In this document: positions 12,441-24,851 of the stretch, one piece after another
How positions within the stretch are numbered: the stretch's first letter is position 1
Layout: every line of letters begins with the position of its first letter
NCBI GenBank assembly: GCA_951406725.2
Contig: OX597818.1
Span: 137,330,001 to 137,394,000, forward strand
Direction: 5' to 3'
DNA length: 64,000 nt
Source of the DNA: Octopus vulgaris
Taxonomy: Eukaryota
Made by a program: the position numbers and the translations under genes
Notes under the pieces: model-generated
What the model was told of the DNA's origin: nothing
Databases searched by the model: none
Seen by the model: the letters and a program-made list of their open reading frames with translations, nothing else

Positions 12441-12821
12441 GTGTGTGCGTGTAGAAGTTGGAAACGAGCACACAAGTTGATATGCATAAGGAAAATAATA
12501 CAAGGTAGAAAATGCTAAAACAATTTTATCATGAAGAATATTTTAGTACCGGTTTCAGCCTCTGCGACTTTTCGAACTTAGTGTAAAGCTTGAAAAGCAA
12601 TTAAATTGTAGAAAAATTAAATGAAATGCTGCATTAAAATATTTCTATAGTTTTCAAATGCAAGGGACATTTTCCTTTCTTCTGTCTGAAGAAGAAAAAG
12701 AAGAAGAAGAAGAAGAAGAAGAAGAAGAAGAAGAAGAAGAAGAAGAAGAAGAAGAAGAAGAAGAAGAAGAAGAAGAAGAAGAATGAGCCTCCGGAATCAT
12801 GTGGTTGGTAAGCAAGCTATT

Positions 12822-13470
12822 TTATTTCAATAAATTGGCCATGTAGGCATAATACAGAGGGGACAAACATGGACAGACAAACATAGAATGGTGAAGTAGC
12901 TTAAAGCGTTGTTATGAATCGATTATAAATATGAAAAAGGTGAATAATTTAATTTAAAATAAAATACATTGCGTTATGCAATGTGACACCAAAGGAAAGG
13001 CATCCGACGTCAGGATAGGGCCTTTGCTTTTCTTCCAGGGCTTCAGTTACTTGGTGCCAATTACTACCAGCTTTCTTACCACAGGTTTCCATCTCTTCTC
13101 GAATTTCTCGTGTGACAGGTATCTCTTCTCCAGCCTGATCTTGCTGCTGAGGTGGTAACTAAAAGAGTTGACCAACCCCTGGCCGGATACAAAGGTACTC
13201 GTCATAATCCCTTTCACACGTGTCTTCCATACCGTTTCTTTTAAAATGGCTACCACACAGTAAAAACAGGCCTTCCTTTCTCCGCTAAGGGAAGAAGGCG
13301 GCACAATCTCAATGATGGACTCAGCTGATAGCTGTACTCTTCCAATCGATGACAGCAGTTGTTCTGTGAAAGCTATCAATCCCGATAATTCCGGACATCC
13401 CACGAATGCGTGCAAGATGGCTTCCCTGTCCTGCCCGCACCTCAGTCATGACGGCGAGACACAACTACTA
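12822..13470 (-). mobile_element. Tx1/L1-clade LINE 3' fragment: ORF2 C-terminal zinc-knuckle region plus 3' UTR
   Basis: S*LRCGQDREAILHAFVGCP (decayed CxxC..H..C), followed by ..KETVWKTR.. and ..FEKRW, typical of Tx1 ORF2 ends. Stop at 13047; the UTR ends ...GAAATAA at ~12822. Confidence 0.75.
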
Positions 13471-13841
13471 TTCTATAATTGTTTATTGCTGAACCCCTAA
13501 GTTACGGTTACCAAAAGAACCCCTAAGTTACGCTTGATGAGAGGCATAGAGAGACATGTATTTGCGTCGTAAAAATAGATAACTACTTCTTGAAGAATTT
13601 GTCGGACCCTAGAAGGCCTTAGCTTACTTTAATTTCATTTTAAGTCGTTAATTACCTAAAGCAATGCAATGTCATTAATTACTAATATACAAATTGAATA
13701 ACGCGTGCACACATACACACAGAAATTAGATTTTTCAAAGTTTAATAATAGAACAGTTTAGGCTAATTTATAAATATTTAGCTTATATTTTTAATTAATT
13801 AATTTCCTTCACATTTTACATTAACCCAATTTCTTTGACAG

Positions 13842-13880
13842 GAATCCATTCTGCTCGAAATGTGCCGACGGCCGGGCCAA
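13842..13880 (+). other. Candidate 39-nt cassette micro-exon of an unidentified host gene
   Basis: TTAAC branch-like motif, TTTCTTTGACAG acceptor, a GC-rich 39-nt stretch open in all three frames, and a weak GTTCGT donor. Confidence 0.35.
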
Positions 13881-13916
13881 GTTCGTATTAAAAAAAATGG
13901 AAAAAAAAAAAAAAAA

Positions 13917-13948
<32 letters not shown>

Positions 13949-14199
13949 TAATAATAATAATAATAATGATAATAACAATAATAATAAGATTTTGTTGTTA
14001 CTGTTAAAAAGAAATTTGAGTTAAATTGTAACTTAACCAGCGAAACTTGACTTGGAACATATGTTTTTATCTATTTCCAACAAAAACCACGTTGGTTGAT
14101 GTAATTACAGAAGAAGGAGAAAGAGAACGAGAAAGAGAGAGAGAGCGAGAGAGAGGGGGGAGAAGAAAGAAAGAAAGAGGGAGAGAGAGAGAAAGAGCG

Positions 14200-14640
14200 A
14201 GAGAAGGATTTAAGGAACTGTAGAGAAAATGCTTGTTAAGAGCTGTGCCGACCACCATAGCAGTTTTTGAAGAAGTTAGCAGGTAGGGGCTGGAGTAAGG
14301 GATTAGTGTCATAGTTTCGGTGATAAGAATTAGTGATGCATGCTTATATGTTTTTGTGTAGGTAGATACTTATTGAATAGAAGACACAAGTTGAAAAGTT
14401 TAATAAGAATAGGAGCTAATTATAATGTACAGGTAACATTGAGAATATGGCACCTGGCGTCACATCTGGGTTTACGGGTTCGCTGGTGATTAAAGAAGAG
14501 AGTGATGTGGCAAATTTAGAAGTCTTGTATGTTAAGGTAGGATAGAGTGGGAGGAAAGGTATAAGGCCAAGAACAAATTACTTCTCTTGGTGTTGGAGCT
14601 GAAGGCGAAGTAAATGGTGAAAATACTGGGTTTGACTGTA
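14200..14640 (-). pseudogene. Decayed non-LTR RT fragment (CR1/Jockey/I group)
   Basis: LAPILIKLFNLCL...YKHASLILI resembles LAPIL.KLFNLSL...WK.A.V.PI. Confidence 0.45.
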
Positions 14641-15746
14641 GGGGGTGCCGTTAATTATCATACTTACATTAGCAATTGGCTGTTAAAAAGGACGATCAAT
14701 CAACATTAATAGAAATTTGTTCTGCAGTGCGGAACTATCTGAATTTAATTTTCTCAAGCAACATATAAAATTGTGTCATGTACTTAGTTAACGCATAAAA
14801 ATCACCAGTTCACCATGGTATCCACAATTCTTCTCAAATTAGTAAGTGAACGAATATACGGGAAACGAACCCGAATACATTACCTCTATAATATAACTAG
14901 GACAATCTCTTATCTAGTTGAACAAGATGTTTTCCAATTTATTTAGTTCTGCAGACAATAGACAAATAATTCTCTGGGGACAATAAAACGCTACTCGCTA
15001 GTATCTGATAAAGAAGATTGTGAACTGAATAGTGAATGAAACACTATCTTTTCCTCAATGTACGTAATCTAATGGAGAAAGTTATTACTCCACCAACCTG
15101 TCTGATATTAGTTGTAATGGCCGAGTTGTAAAACTTGTGTCTATAACGGAAGCTGTCAAATAACTTCCGGTCGCTAATTAACATCAGCGAAATCTTAGCT
15201 GCTTTCTTTGTCTTCGCAGTTTTTTCTCCGAGCAAGACTCTGTTTAGCTTTCTTTAGTCTTGATTTATTATATTTGGCTATACATTTCTGTTTTATATTT
15301 AATTTGTTTCTTTCTGCTGTTTAGTTTTTACACTCGTTGCATAATCATTAAGACAGATATAGGTCGTCACACATTTATTCACACAGAAAACACACGCATA
15401 GAGTCGTACTTTACAAATGTAAATATTTTGAGCAAATAAGAATGAGCTGCTACTAGTTAATAAAGTATAGTTTTACATGAATGATAACAAACCACACACA
15501 TATATATATATGTTCCGTATTGTTTTGTTTCTTTGTATATATGTCTGTGTGTGTGTGTGTGTGTTGATTTATGTGTTTATAGTTGGCATTCTTATACAAA
15601 TTAGTGTTGCATTTTTAATTTTAATTAAATGAAACCAAGTAGTTGTATATCTCATTACTCTACAGATCATTAATACATCACCGATGAATATATATATATA
15701 TATATATATAAATTAATCAAAATAAAAACATGATGCCAAGGATTCA

Positions 15747-15824
15747 GCGGTACATATGTTTCGGGCCTTTATTAGACATATTTATAACAATGCATAATGT
15801 GTGTCTATGGCCTTCTTGAGCCGC
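15747..15824 (-). ncRNA. Degenerate type I hammerhead ribozyme motif with a long stem II
   Basis: GCGG CTCAAGA A GGCC-ATAGACA...TGTCTA-ATAAA-GGCC C GAAA CATATG TA CCGC. Stem I is GCGG/CCGC, stem III is palindromic, and the core has a G5C change. Confidence 0.55.
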
Positions 15825-16578
15825 GCACAATTACAGGACAATTACATCAACAATTCTACGTTGGGGATGCAAATCTTCTCATTCGCGTACGACATAATGC
15901 GACAACAGCACAAAAATGAAGCGTCCATCTCGTCCTTCTCTCAATGTATATATATATATATGTACACATAAATACATACAAACACACACATATACATACA
16001 TATATATGTACGTATATGTGTATATGTAGCACCTATTTTTCTGTCAAAAAGCCTAGTAGACAACTGTTCAATAAATGTAGTGCATATTGTTTAGTTTAAG
16101 AATATATATCCTATGAGGATGAATGCATTGTGAGGCTACTCAGTGTTTTAAATGAAAGTATATGAATGTTCTTCCATACATGCATGCATGCATACATATA
16201 TAAATACATATATAAATACATACATACATAATTATATACATATATGCATAAAAACTTCGCCTAGCAAATAATTTTATTTTATTTGCTAAAATAAGTCAGA
16301 AACCCTGGTCCAGGAAATAGATGGTAAATGTTCTTATTTTTCATTCCCTTCGAGAATCTATCCCTAATTTGTGGTTTGGACTTTAGCTGTTCCTTCTAGC
16401 GTAAGGGAGTCCTATGATGGAAACCTCTTAATGTACACTATTTTATATGAATAATATGTAGTCTGGTAGTAAAATTTTCTAAAATCTTTATTACCCTGAT
16501 ATTATATATATATATACTTTGATACTTTGATAGGTTTCGGCCATTATTGGCCCAGGCCATGTCTAAACTTAATAGCAC

Positions 16579-16642
<64 letters not shown>

Positions 16643-16950
16643 AAAAAATGAGTAGAGATGGCTTTGGTGGGGATAACTTTTATTTTAATGGTAATGTTTA
16701 CTGTTACTCAAGTGAGTTTTGAGTTTTTCGATGGCCGTTTTCAAACTCGAATTTTGTGGTTTAGAAGGTTGCTTATATAGCAAAATACTTTTGCTTACAA
16801 GTATGCAAATTAAAAATAAATACAGAAACAGAAAATAGAAAATAAAAGATAGAAAATAAAACAATGTAAAATTTAAAAAATATAAAAATTAATATAAAAA
16901 ATAATATACAAAAATAATAAAAGAATACAGAAAGTATATATAACAGCTTG

Positions 16951-17018
<68 letters not shown>

Positions 17019-18481
17019 GTACCTACACGCATGTAGATATGCATTTGGATGTGTGTATGTGCGTGTCGGCGTGTGTCCTGAAACGTAAGCACAAACAAAA
17101 GCTCGCAATGTTTTTGATAAAACATTAACATACTTTCATTGTAGATGGTGCACAAACGGGATATCTTCGTTAGTATCATTGTTTCATCGTTTAAGAAGAT
17201 TATTTATAGCATGAGCGCCGGAATGATTCACCTATATAATATGTATATTCCGCTGACACCCTCTCCCCTGACCGTCTTCAATTTTGATGTTGGCATGCAT
17301 TACATGTGAACGGGAGAATGTTTGTATCAAGTAAATAAAACTTCGTATTTTTTTATAACTTCAACATGAGTTGGCATATGCGTATATACTTACATAGTTA
17401 ATCACATTAGCGTCAAGGTTACGTCTTAGTGTCATGAACTTTAAGTGGCATGTACTGATCAATGTGTGAGCTAGTTGCCTTTTTCTTAATTATACTTACG
17501 TTCCTATGGCTCATTGCATAAAAGTTAATCCATATTAACTTACGTAAGTTTATTATTATTATTTTTTTTTTAATGTAATGGAAAACGACAATAACAGATC
17601 GTAAACAAAATAGAAAAAAAAATGGTAAGTAAGTAGTGAATTACTGACATGAAAATAATGCTTAATTCTTGCAAGAAATTTCTATAACAAATAATGTCAC
17701 GAAAATGCCAAGCGTAAAATGTATCATTATTAAATTCTCGTCAACCACTTCTCATATGGTGGACTAAAGTGATTTTTGACACTTAAGATGTTTTGGCAGC
17801 TATTGTTAGGAATCATTTTAATTATAAATGCTAGATTGGCTACGAGGTTTATAAATAACAGCAAAGGTAACTCTGAGTTTCTCAGCAGTATTGTATTTAA
17901 AACTTTAATCGTGTTTAGAAATGCTCTGTTGATAAGTGAATCGTTAGTTCGTATCTTGCTAGTGTTTTGTAGGCTGAGTATGTAGATGTAGCATAGTAAA
18001 AGTGACGAATGTTTCATTTGAGAGAAATATTTTAATCAATCATCGATTTATTTAATATCCCTACCTGTCCGATAAGTTGCTATAGTGGAGTCTGCTGTGT
18101 TACACTTGAGTAGAGGGATCCATCTGTCCTTCAGTTTGACACTGCTAAAGATCCTTTGGTGCCTTGTGCAGAGTCAGCCCTGTTTTAAGCATTCGAATCG
18201 GGGCACTTGTTAGAGGATAATTCCCTACTTTCTTCCCATCATCACAAAGGTACTTAAAAAGATCAAATGCTCTGTCCTTCTTTCACTAGTTAAACCATAA
18301 ACAAAACCAAAAATAAACTAGCATTGTTCATTTGAGGCCTGTCTGTAAGTTTGACCAAAAATAAAAACACTTAAATTACCGTTGTGTTTAAACTTTACTT
18401 TCATAGTGAATTCGAATGCTTCTTCGAAAACGCATTTTTGAAACGCATTTCTAAATGTAAAAATGTACTATGACTTATCAT

Positions 18482-18864
18482 GGAGGCACAATGGCCCCAG
18501 TGGTTAGAGCAGCGGACTCGCGGTCATAAGATCGCGGTTTCGATTCCCAGACCGGGCGTTGGGAGTGTTTATTGAGCGAAAACACCTAAAGCTCCACGAG
18601 ACTCCGACAGGAGATGGTGATGATCCCTGCTTTACTCTTTCACCACAACTTTCTCTCACTCTTACTTCCTGTTTCTGTTGTGCCTGTATTTCAAAGGGCC
18701 GGCCTTGTCACTCTCTGTGTCACGCTGAATGTCCCCGAGAACTACGTTAAGGGTACACGTATCTGTGGAGTGCTCAGCCACTTACACGTTAATTTCACGA
18801 GCAGGCTGTTCCGTTAATTCGGATCAACCGGAACCCTCATCGCCGCAACCGACGGAGTGCTTCC
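18482..18864 (+). mobile_element. SINE family A, full length
   Basis: 10-bp TSD TATGACTTAT at 18469-18478 and 18871-18880. Confidence 0.95.
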
Positions 18865-19229
18865 ATCCATTATGACTTATTCTTATTACTCTATCAATTT
18901 AATACTTTTCATTGTTTTATTCTTTATCTGATGTTATTTTTTCAAGTGTTGTTCTTTCTTTTTTTCCTTTCCTCTCTCTTCTACCCGTTCATTCAGTTCT
19001 ACATTATTATTCCAAAGAACATTAAAAATACTGCACTACACTCTTCGTTGTGATTAGTTGTGGCTTTTTGATTTTCTGTTAATTAGATGTCCCAGCTATC
19101 GTATTAGCAAAGTAATCAGAACATTGAACAAAATGCGCCCTGAGTTCAAATACCGCTGAAGTCACCAATACCTTTTATCCTGTTGGAATCAATAAAATAA
19201 GATATCAGTCCAGAGGAATGGCTTGGTGA

Positions 19230-19930
19230 AAGTGTCAGTGTTGGAAAAGAATGCCCTGCGGTGTTTGTTCCGGCCCATTACTTCCTGAGCTCTTGAACGG
19301 TAATTCAACATCTCATGGTCCTTGGATGACTTTCGTGGAGTACGTTCAGTTGCTAGCTTCTGGGTGGAATCTCCAGCTTGAAGATGATGTCTTCCAATCT
19401 TCTTTCTCACATCAGGGAACCTGAAAAGAGGCACGGAAACTACTCTTTTCTCCTTGACTAAGCGGCCGAAAACAACTGAATCAGGACCAACCAAACCTAT
19501 GGTCATTCACAAACATTCATACCAAGAACATCTCATCTATTTATCAGGCAATGCCCATCTAAAACTACATCATCTAATGCCCCCCCCCTTTGAAAGCAGT
19601 ATGCTGTAATTCGAGAAGATTTCGGATCTCTCGGACAAATGAGCAAGTCGTTGACGAAATTATGAAAAGCGTTCCCGGTGTGACCAACCACATTGGTGAA
19701 TGAGATGGTCGACAGGTTTCTGAGGGAGTACTAAGAGGTAAATGGAACATTCATAAACAGAGACAAATCAATGGCTAAGCAACTCGGCATCCACAGAAAT
19801 GATTCGATGCAGAATGGTGATTTTTTGTCGCTGGGTCGATGATCCAGTTAAAGTTCTCGGGGTTCTTATTCGAACCATACCTCGATATTGATAAAAAAGA
19901 TCTGCGCAAAGGTCACGAGTAGAGTGGCCA
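19230..19930 (-). pseudogene. Possible very decayed Gypsy-type integrase remnant
   Basis: Fragments CADLF, VFGRLVKEKRVVS, ATER and MLNYRSRAQEVMGR occur in integrase order, but similarity is weak. Confidence 0.25.
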
Positions 19931-20740
19931 GTCTCATTCAGTAATACACTGAGAGAGGACAATCCCTAAAAATCGAGTGGAAATAGTTAATTGCTTTAAT
20001 AATGCACCTGTATTGCTTTAGTAATGCACCACCGTCTAACCGTCGTGCCCTGTCCCGGGTGCTGAATGGATTGGAGCATGGTTTCTAGTGGAAAGGACAT
20101 ACCCGTTGGTCAGGAAGTCATCATGCAGCCAACGCCCACTTCAAGTGGTCGCGAGATGCCGTGGCTGATGGCGCACATGCATGTGCAGAGACAGACTCAT
20201 TTACAGGGGTTTCCACCACCATCACCACCACTACTACTAGCATCATTGTCACGACTTCCACTGCCACTATAGTCATTACCATTGCAACCACCTTCACTAG
20301 AAGCGTTACAGTTACCATCATCTCTGCCACCAATGCTATCATCACAATTACAATTATCACCGCTCAAATCACCACGCCCACTATTAGAACTACCACTTCC
20401 ACGACCGCCACCACCACCACCACCACCACCACCACCACCACCACCACCACCACCACCACCACCACTACCACCAGCACCATCACCACCACCACCGCCACCG
20501 TCGCCAACTACTACTACTACTACTGCTACTACACATCAGTCTAAATACACAAGCACACTTAATCCGTTTGTAAATAAATCATGAGACAGAACTGAACAAA
20601 CCGCCCACCCGAAGCTAGTTTTCTAACCACGAACACACACAAACGTGATGTCGGTGGAGACGTGTTCTAATGTCAGCTGTCTCCACCACACACAATGCAT
20701 CATCACTTTTCTCTTAAATGCATTATTTATGTTCCCTTAA

Positions 20741-21530
20741 GACGGCAATTCGGCAGACTCATTAGTACACCCGGAGAAATGCTTAGCGGTATTTTGTCTC
20801 CCGCTACGTTCTGAGTTCAAATTCCGCCGAGGTCGACTTTGCCTTTCATCCTTTTGGGGTCGATTAAATAAGTACCAGTTACGCACTGGGGTCGACATAA
20901 TCGACTTAATCCGTTTGTCAGTCCTTGTTTCTCCCCTCTGTGTGTAGCACCTGTGGGCAGTAAAAACATAGGTATTTCGTCCGTCTTTATGTTATGAGTT
21001 CAAATTCCGCCGAGGTCTACTTTGCCTTTCATCCTTTTGGGGTCGATTAAATAAGTACCAGTTACGCACTGGGGTCGACATAATCGACTTAATCCGTTTG
21101 TCAGTCCTTGTTTCTCCCCTCTGTGTGTAGCACCTGTGGGCAGTAAAAACATAGGTATTTCGTCCGTCTTTATGTTATGAGTTCAAATTCCGCCGAGGTC
21201 GACTTTGCCTTTCATCCTTTTGGGGTCGATTAAATAAGTACCAGTTACGCACTGGGGTCGACATAATCGACTTAATCCGTTTGTCAGTCCTTGTTTCTCC
21301 CCTCTGTGTGTAGCCCCTTGTGGGCAGTAAAGAAATAGGTATTTCGTCCGTCTTTACGTTCTGAGTTGAAATTCCACCGAGGTCGACTTTGTCTTTCATC
21401 CTTTTGAGGTCGATAAATTAAGTACCATTTACGCACTGGGGTCGATGTAATCGACTTAATCCGTTTGTCAGTCCTTGTTTGTCCCCTCATTTCGCCCGGC
21501 ATTCTAACGTTTCCGCCAGCTCGCCGCCTT
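20741..21530 (+). mobile_element. SINE family C tandem array: one head, four ~183-bp body/tail units, then an inverted head
   Basis: Units start at GGTATTT (20788, 20971, 21154, 21338). Central GAGGTCGACTTTGCCTTTCATCCTTT.GGGGTCGA resembles the MetaSINE domain (from memory). 21488-21530 is the reverse complement of the head. Confidence 0.9.
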
Positions 21531-22931
21531 TGCTATTATTATATTGATACTGAAGATTATGAGGTCCATGAAATAGTTAAGATAATGACTATAGTAACAG
21601 TCATAATATTAGTATAATTAGTATAATATTAGTAAAATATTAGTATAATATTAGTATAATATTAGTATGATAATATTAATATAGTTATGATGATGGTGAT
21701 TATGAAGATGATTATTACATGATGGTGATGATGATGATGATGATAATGATGATTACGACGATGATGTGTTAGGGGTGATAGTGGCGGTGGTATTGGATGT
21801 TTGGTTGGGTGGTTGGCTGGTTGTAACGTAACCGTGCTTTCTGTTGCAACACAGTTCGCTCTAAAGATTCTCTCATGTGGCACGAATAAGGTTTCCCGAA
21901 GCTGCATTTTGTTTGATGAGGGTGTTAGTTGTGTCCTTGGATGTCGGGTGGTCGATATGGTGATAACAGAAACGCCAAGCGGAAGAACATCGGAATATCT
22001 TTCTACTTGCTGTCTTTGATATATGATATTCTTGAGATTTCATAATCTTGTCTTGTTTCTTTCTTAATCTGACATTCTCGAGTGGAACCTTTCATATTCT
22101 GCGCATCTCTATTTCTCGCTTATTTCCAATATCTATCCATCAAAAAATTTCTCTCCCCTTCTCTCTCTCTCTCTTTTCCCCCCTCTCTCTCTTTCTCTGT
22201 CTATGTCTCTAAATATACACACACATACACTCACATATATGTACATACATATGCATATGTGTGTGTATGCGTGTGTGTATATGTGTGTTTGCGTGTGCGT
22301 GACTGTGTGTGTATTTGACCTTGCTATTTGTGGATGCGTTAGAGTTAGTGTGTGCACATATGTAAGACAATGAATGAACATAGTTGCACCCATATAATGG
22401 GTATACATGTATCTCTTTCGTATTCTATTATGCGCGAGTACTCTTTATGTATGTGAATGTCATACGTATACATTGTATTGTGTTCTTACGTTTATTTCAG
22501 GAAGCAAATGGAATATATTTGGAATGCTTCTCAAAATCTTTACTGCATACAACCAAGCCTATATTAAATATTCGACCGTCGACGAGGCACAACCTACAAA
22601 TTTATCTTCTTTGTTAAACTAAACTTCCGTTAACGTCCAGCTGAGGAGCATACTCTGCACTTCGATAGGTTGTTTTGCCTGGTACGGAGAACAAAACGGT
22701 ATTCGGGACATTTTGCAATCTCTATACTTCCTAGAATCTATGACAGTAGTGCTATTTTTTGCGCTCACAGATTCCTGAGGGGGTCGTAGTGAAGGATGGT
22801 GATAAGGCGGGGCAATGTAAGGGTGGAGAAAAAAGTGAACTCAGTCAGAGCGTGACATTTGCAGTTCCTCTGAACCTGTACATCAGAGGGTAATGGTCAG
22901 TGAAATTATTGATGTTACAGATGTTTTTGTA

Positions 22932-23825
22932 TGTGTGGTCTGATCAATAAGTATCCGGACCATAGCCATAGTAACGAAGCTAAAGCTTGCAGATTAAAAT
23001 ATCTTCACACAGATCGACCATGAACTCTGTTGTGCATGTGCACTTAGTTTTAAAGTTCTAGCTCATTCCCACTGTTTACAGCAGTGCTTGGAAGGAAGGT
23101 GTGAGCGTGCGATCGTCGCATTGACCATGACAGAAAGTTCAGCAGAGAATCTGCATAAAATTTTGCCAAAAGTTTGGCGATACCTGTGCAGAAGCCTATG
23201 CAAAGTTTTCAAAAAGTTTTCATCGTTCTCGATATAATCAAGGAGATCTTGTGCAACTGAAACCCAAGTTATTTTGGGGTCAGCTGAAGGCAGTTTTGGC
23301 ACGAACTTGGCACACACGAGTCTCATACCCAGATCCTCAATGATAATGGATTAAACTGAACTGTAACTAATCTGGCCATCCTCTGATAACTCACAGTTGA
23401 TGATTCGACGATTTCCCTTCACAGCTGCACGCACATCTACGATGTTTCTCTCAGTTTTGCTGGTTGCGGGTCATCCAGAACGTTCATAAATATTGACATT
23501 TTTCAGCCATCTTGGAAACATCTGAACCACTCGTACACTTGTGTGCTACTCGTACACTCCTCTCCATACACTTTCTCTAACTTTGTGTAGACTTCTGAGC
23601 GGGTCTTGTCATGACAACTTTCTCTGTCATGGTCAATGCGACGATCACGCGCTACATTACCTTCGTTCCGAGCACTGCTGTGAAGAACCGAAGTGAGCTA
23701 GAACGTTAACACGTACCGTGCATGCGCAGTAGAGTGTAAGGTCAATTTTTGTCTAGCGGCTTCACTCTGCCTGCTTTAGCGTCGTTACTACGGCAACAGT
23801 CCGAATACTTATTCATCAAACATAG
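22932..23825. mobile_element. Fold-back mariner derivative made of two inverted 5' ends
   Basis: TIRs GGTCTGATCAATAAGTATCCGGAC and GTCCGAATACTTATTCATCAAAC. + strand gives QQRICIKFCQKFGDTCAEAY; - strand gives VCAKFVPKL...VAQDLLDYIENDENFLK. Confidence 0.8.
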
Positions 23826-24113
23826 TATGTGCTCTTTTGGTTCATCCAGCTCATTCAGTCAATGTGGGGGGGGGAACCTCAGCAATTATTTGAAGAAATT
23901 GCAGTAATGATTGGTAGCGTTCCATATGGTTTTCGATGTTTCGATATGGTTTTCCATTCAGTTTCAGAGATTCTGTGAGTGGTGAAAGGGTTTAGGTAGT
24001 TTACCATTTGATTTTTTTCTTCTGTTTTTAGTATTTTTGAATCAATATATTGTTTATAAACACTTCTTTGTTATTGCTTTCCGTTGGTCAAATATGGTAA
24101 CTAAGTATATTTG

Positions 24114-24279
24114 TGCATAGGAGTGGCTGTGTCTTAAGTAGCTTGCTTAAGAACTACATGATTCCGGGTTCAGTCCCATTGCGTGGTACCTTGGGCAAGT
24201 GTCTTCTACTGTAGCCTCAGGCCGACCAAAGCCTTCTGAATGTATTTGGTAGGCGGAAACTCAAAGAAGACCGTCGTAC

Positions 24280-24365
<86 letters not shown>

Positions 24366-24614
24366 TGTATGTATGTATGTATGTATGTTTGTATGTGTGT
24401 GTGTGTATATATTTGTGTGTCTGTGTTTGTCCCCCCGACATCGCTTGACAACCGATACGGGTGAGTTTACGTCCCGGTAACTTAGCGGTTCGGCAAAAGA
24501 AATCCGATAGAATAAGTACTAGGCTTACAAAGAATAAGTGCTGGGATCGATTTGCTCGACTAAAGGCGGTGCTCCAGCATGACCACAGTCAAATGACTGA
24601 AACAAGTAAAAGAG
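24114..24614 (+). mobile_element. SINE family B with an expanded internal microsatellite
   Basis: Head, body and tail match 34324. Confidence 0.9.
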
Positions 24615-24686
24615 CGTTTTGCTGTTTTAACTGTTTTCATACGCGTTTCTCGCAGAACTGTTGCATTGAAATAAGAATATTTGCTC

Positions 24687-24744
<58 letters not shown>

Positions 24745-24851
24745 TATATCTATATTGTTGTGAGAGATGATTAATTGTATTTGATGTTACCTGATGTCAC
24801 TATTAGAACAACGTGTGGATTTCGTCAGGTGTTCCTTTCATTTTGCTGTTA

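Noticed and set aside
14900-15330. Possible PLE thumb remnant on the minus strand
   Set aside because: Similarity too weak to call by eye.
17730-18280. Possible LINE ORF1 remnant on the minus strand
   Set aside because: No motif recognisable with confidence.
20161-20584. Thr-rich and Pro-rich ORFs
   Set aside because: Low-complexity (ACC)n tract.
20788-21488. CRISPR-like regular array
   Set aside because: Units are whole tandem SINE bodies with no unique spacers, and the context is eukaryotic.
21338-21488. Self-cleaving ribozyme inside the family-C unit
   Set aside because: I could not find hammerhead or twister cores on either strand; other folds were not tested.
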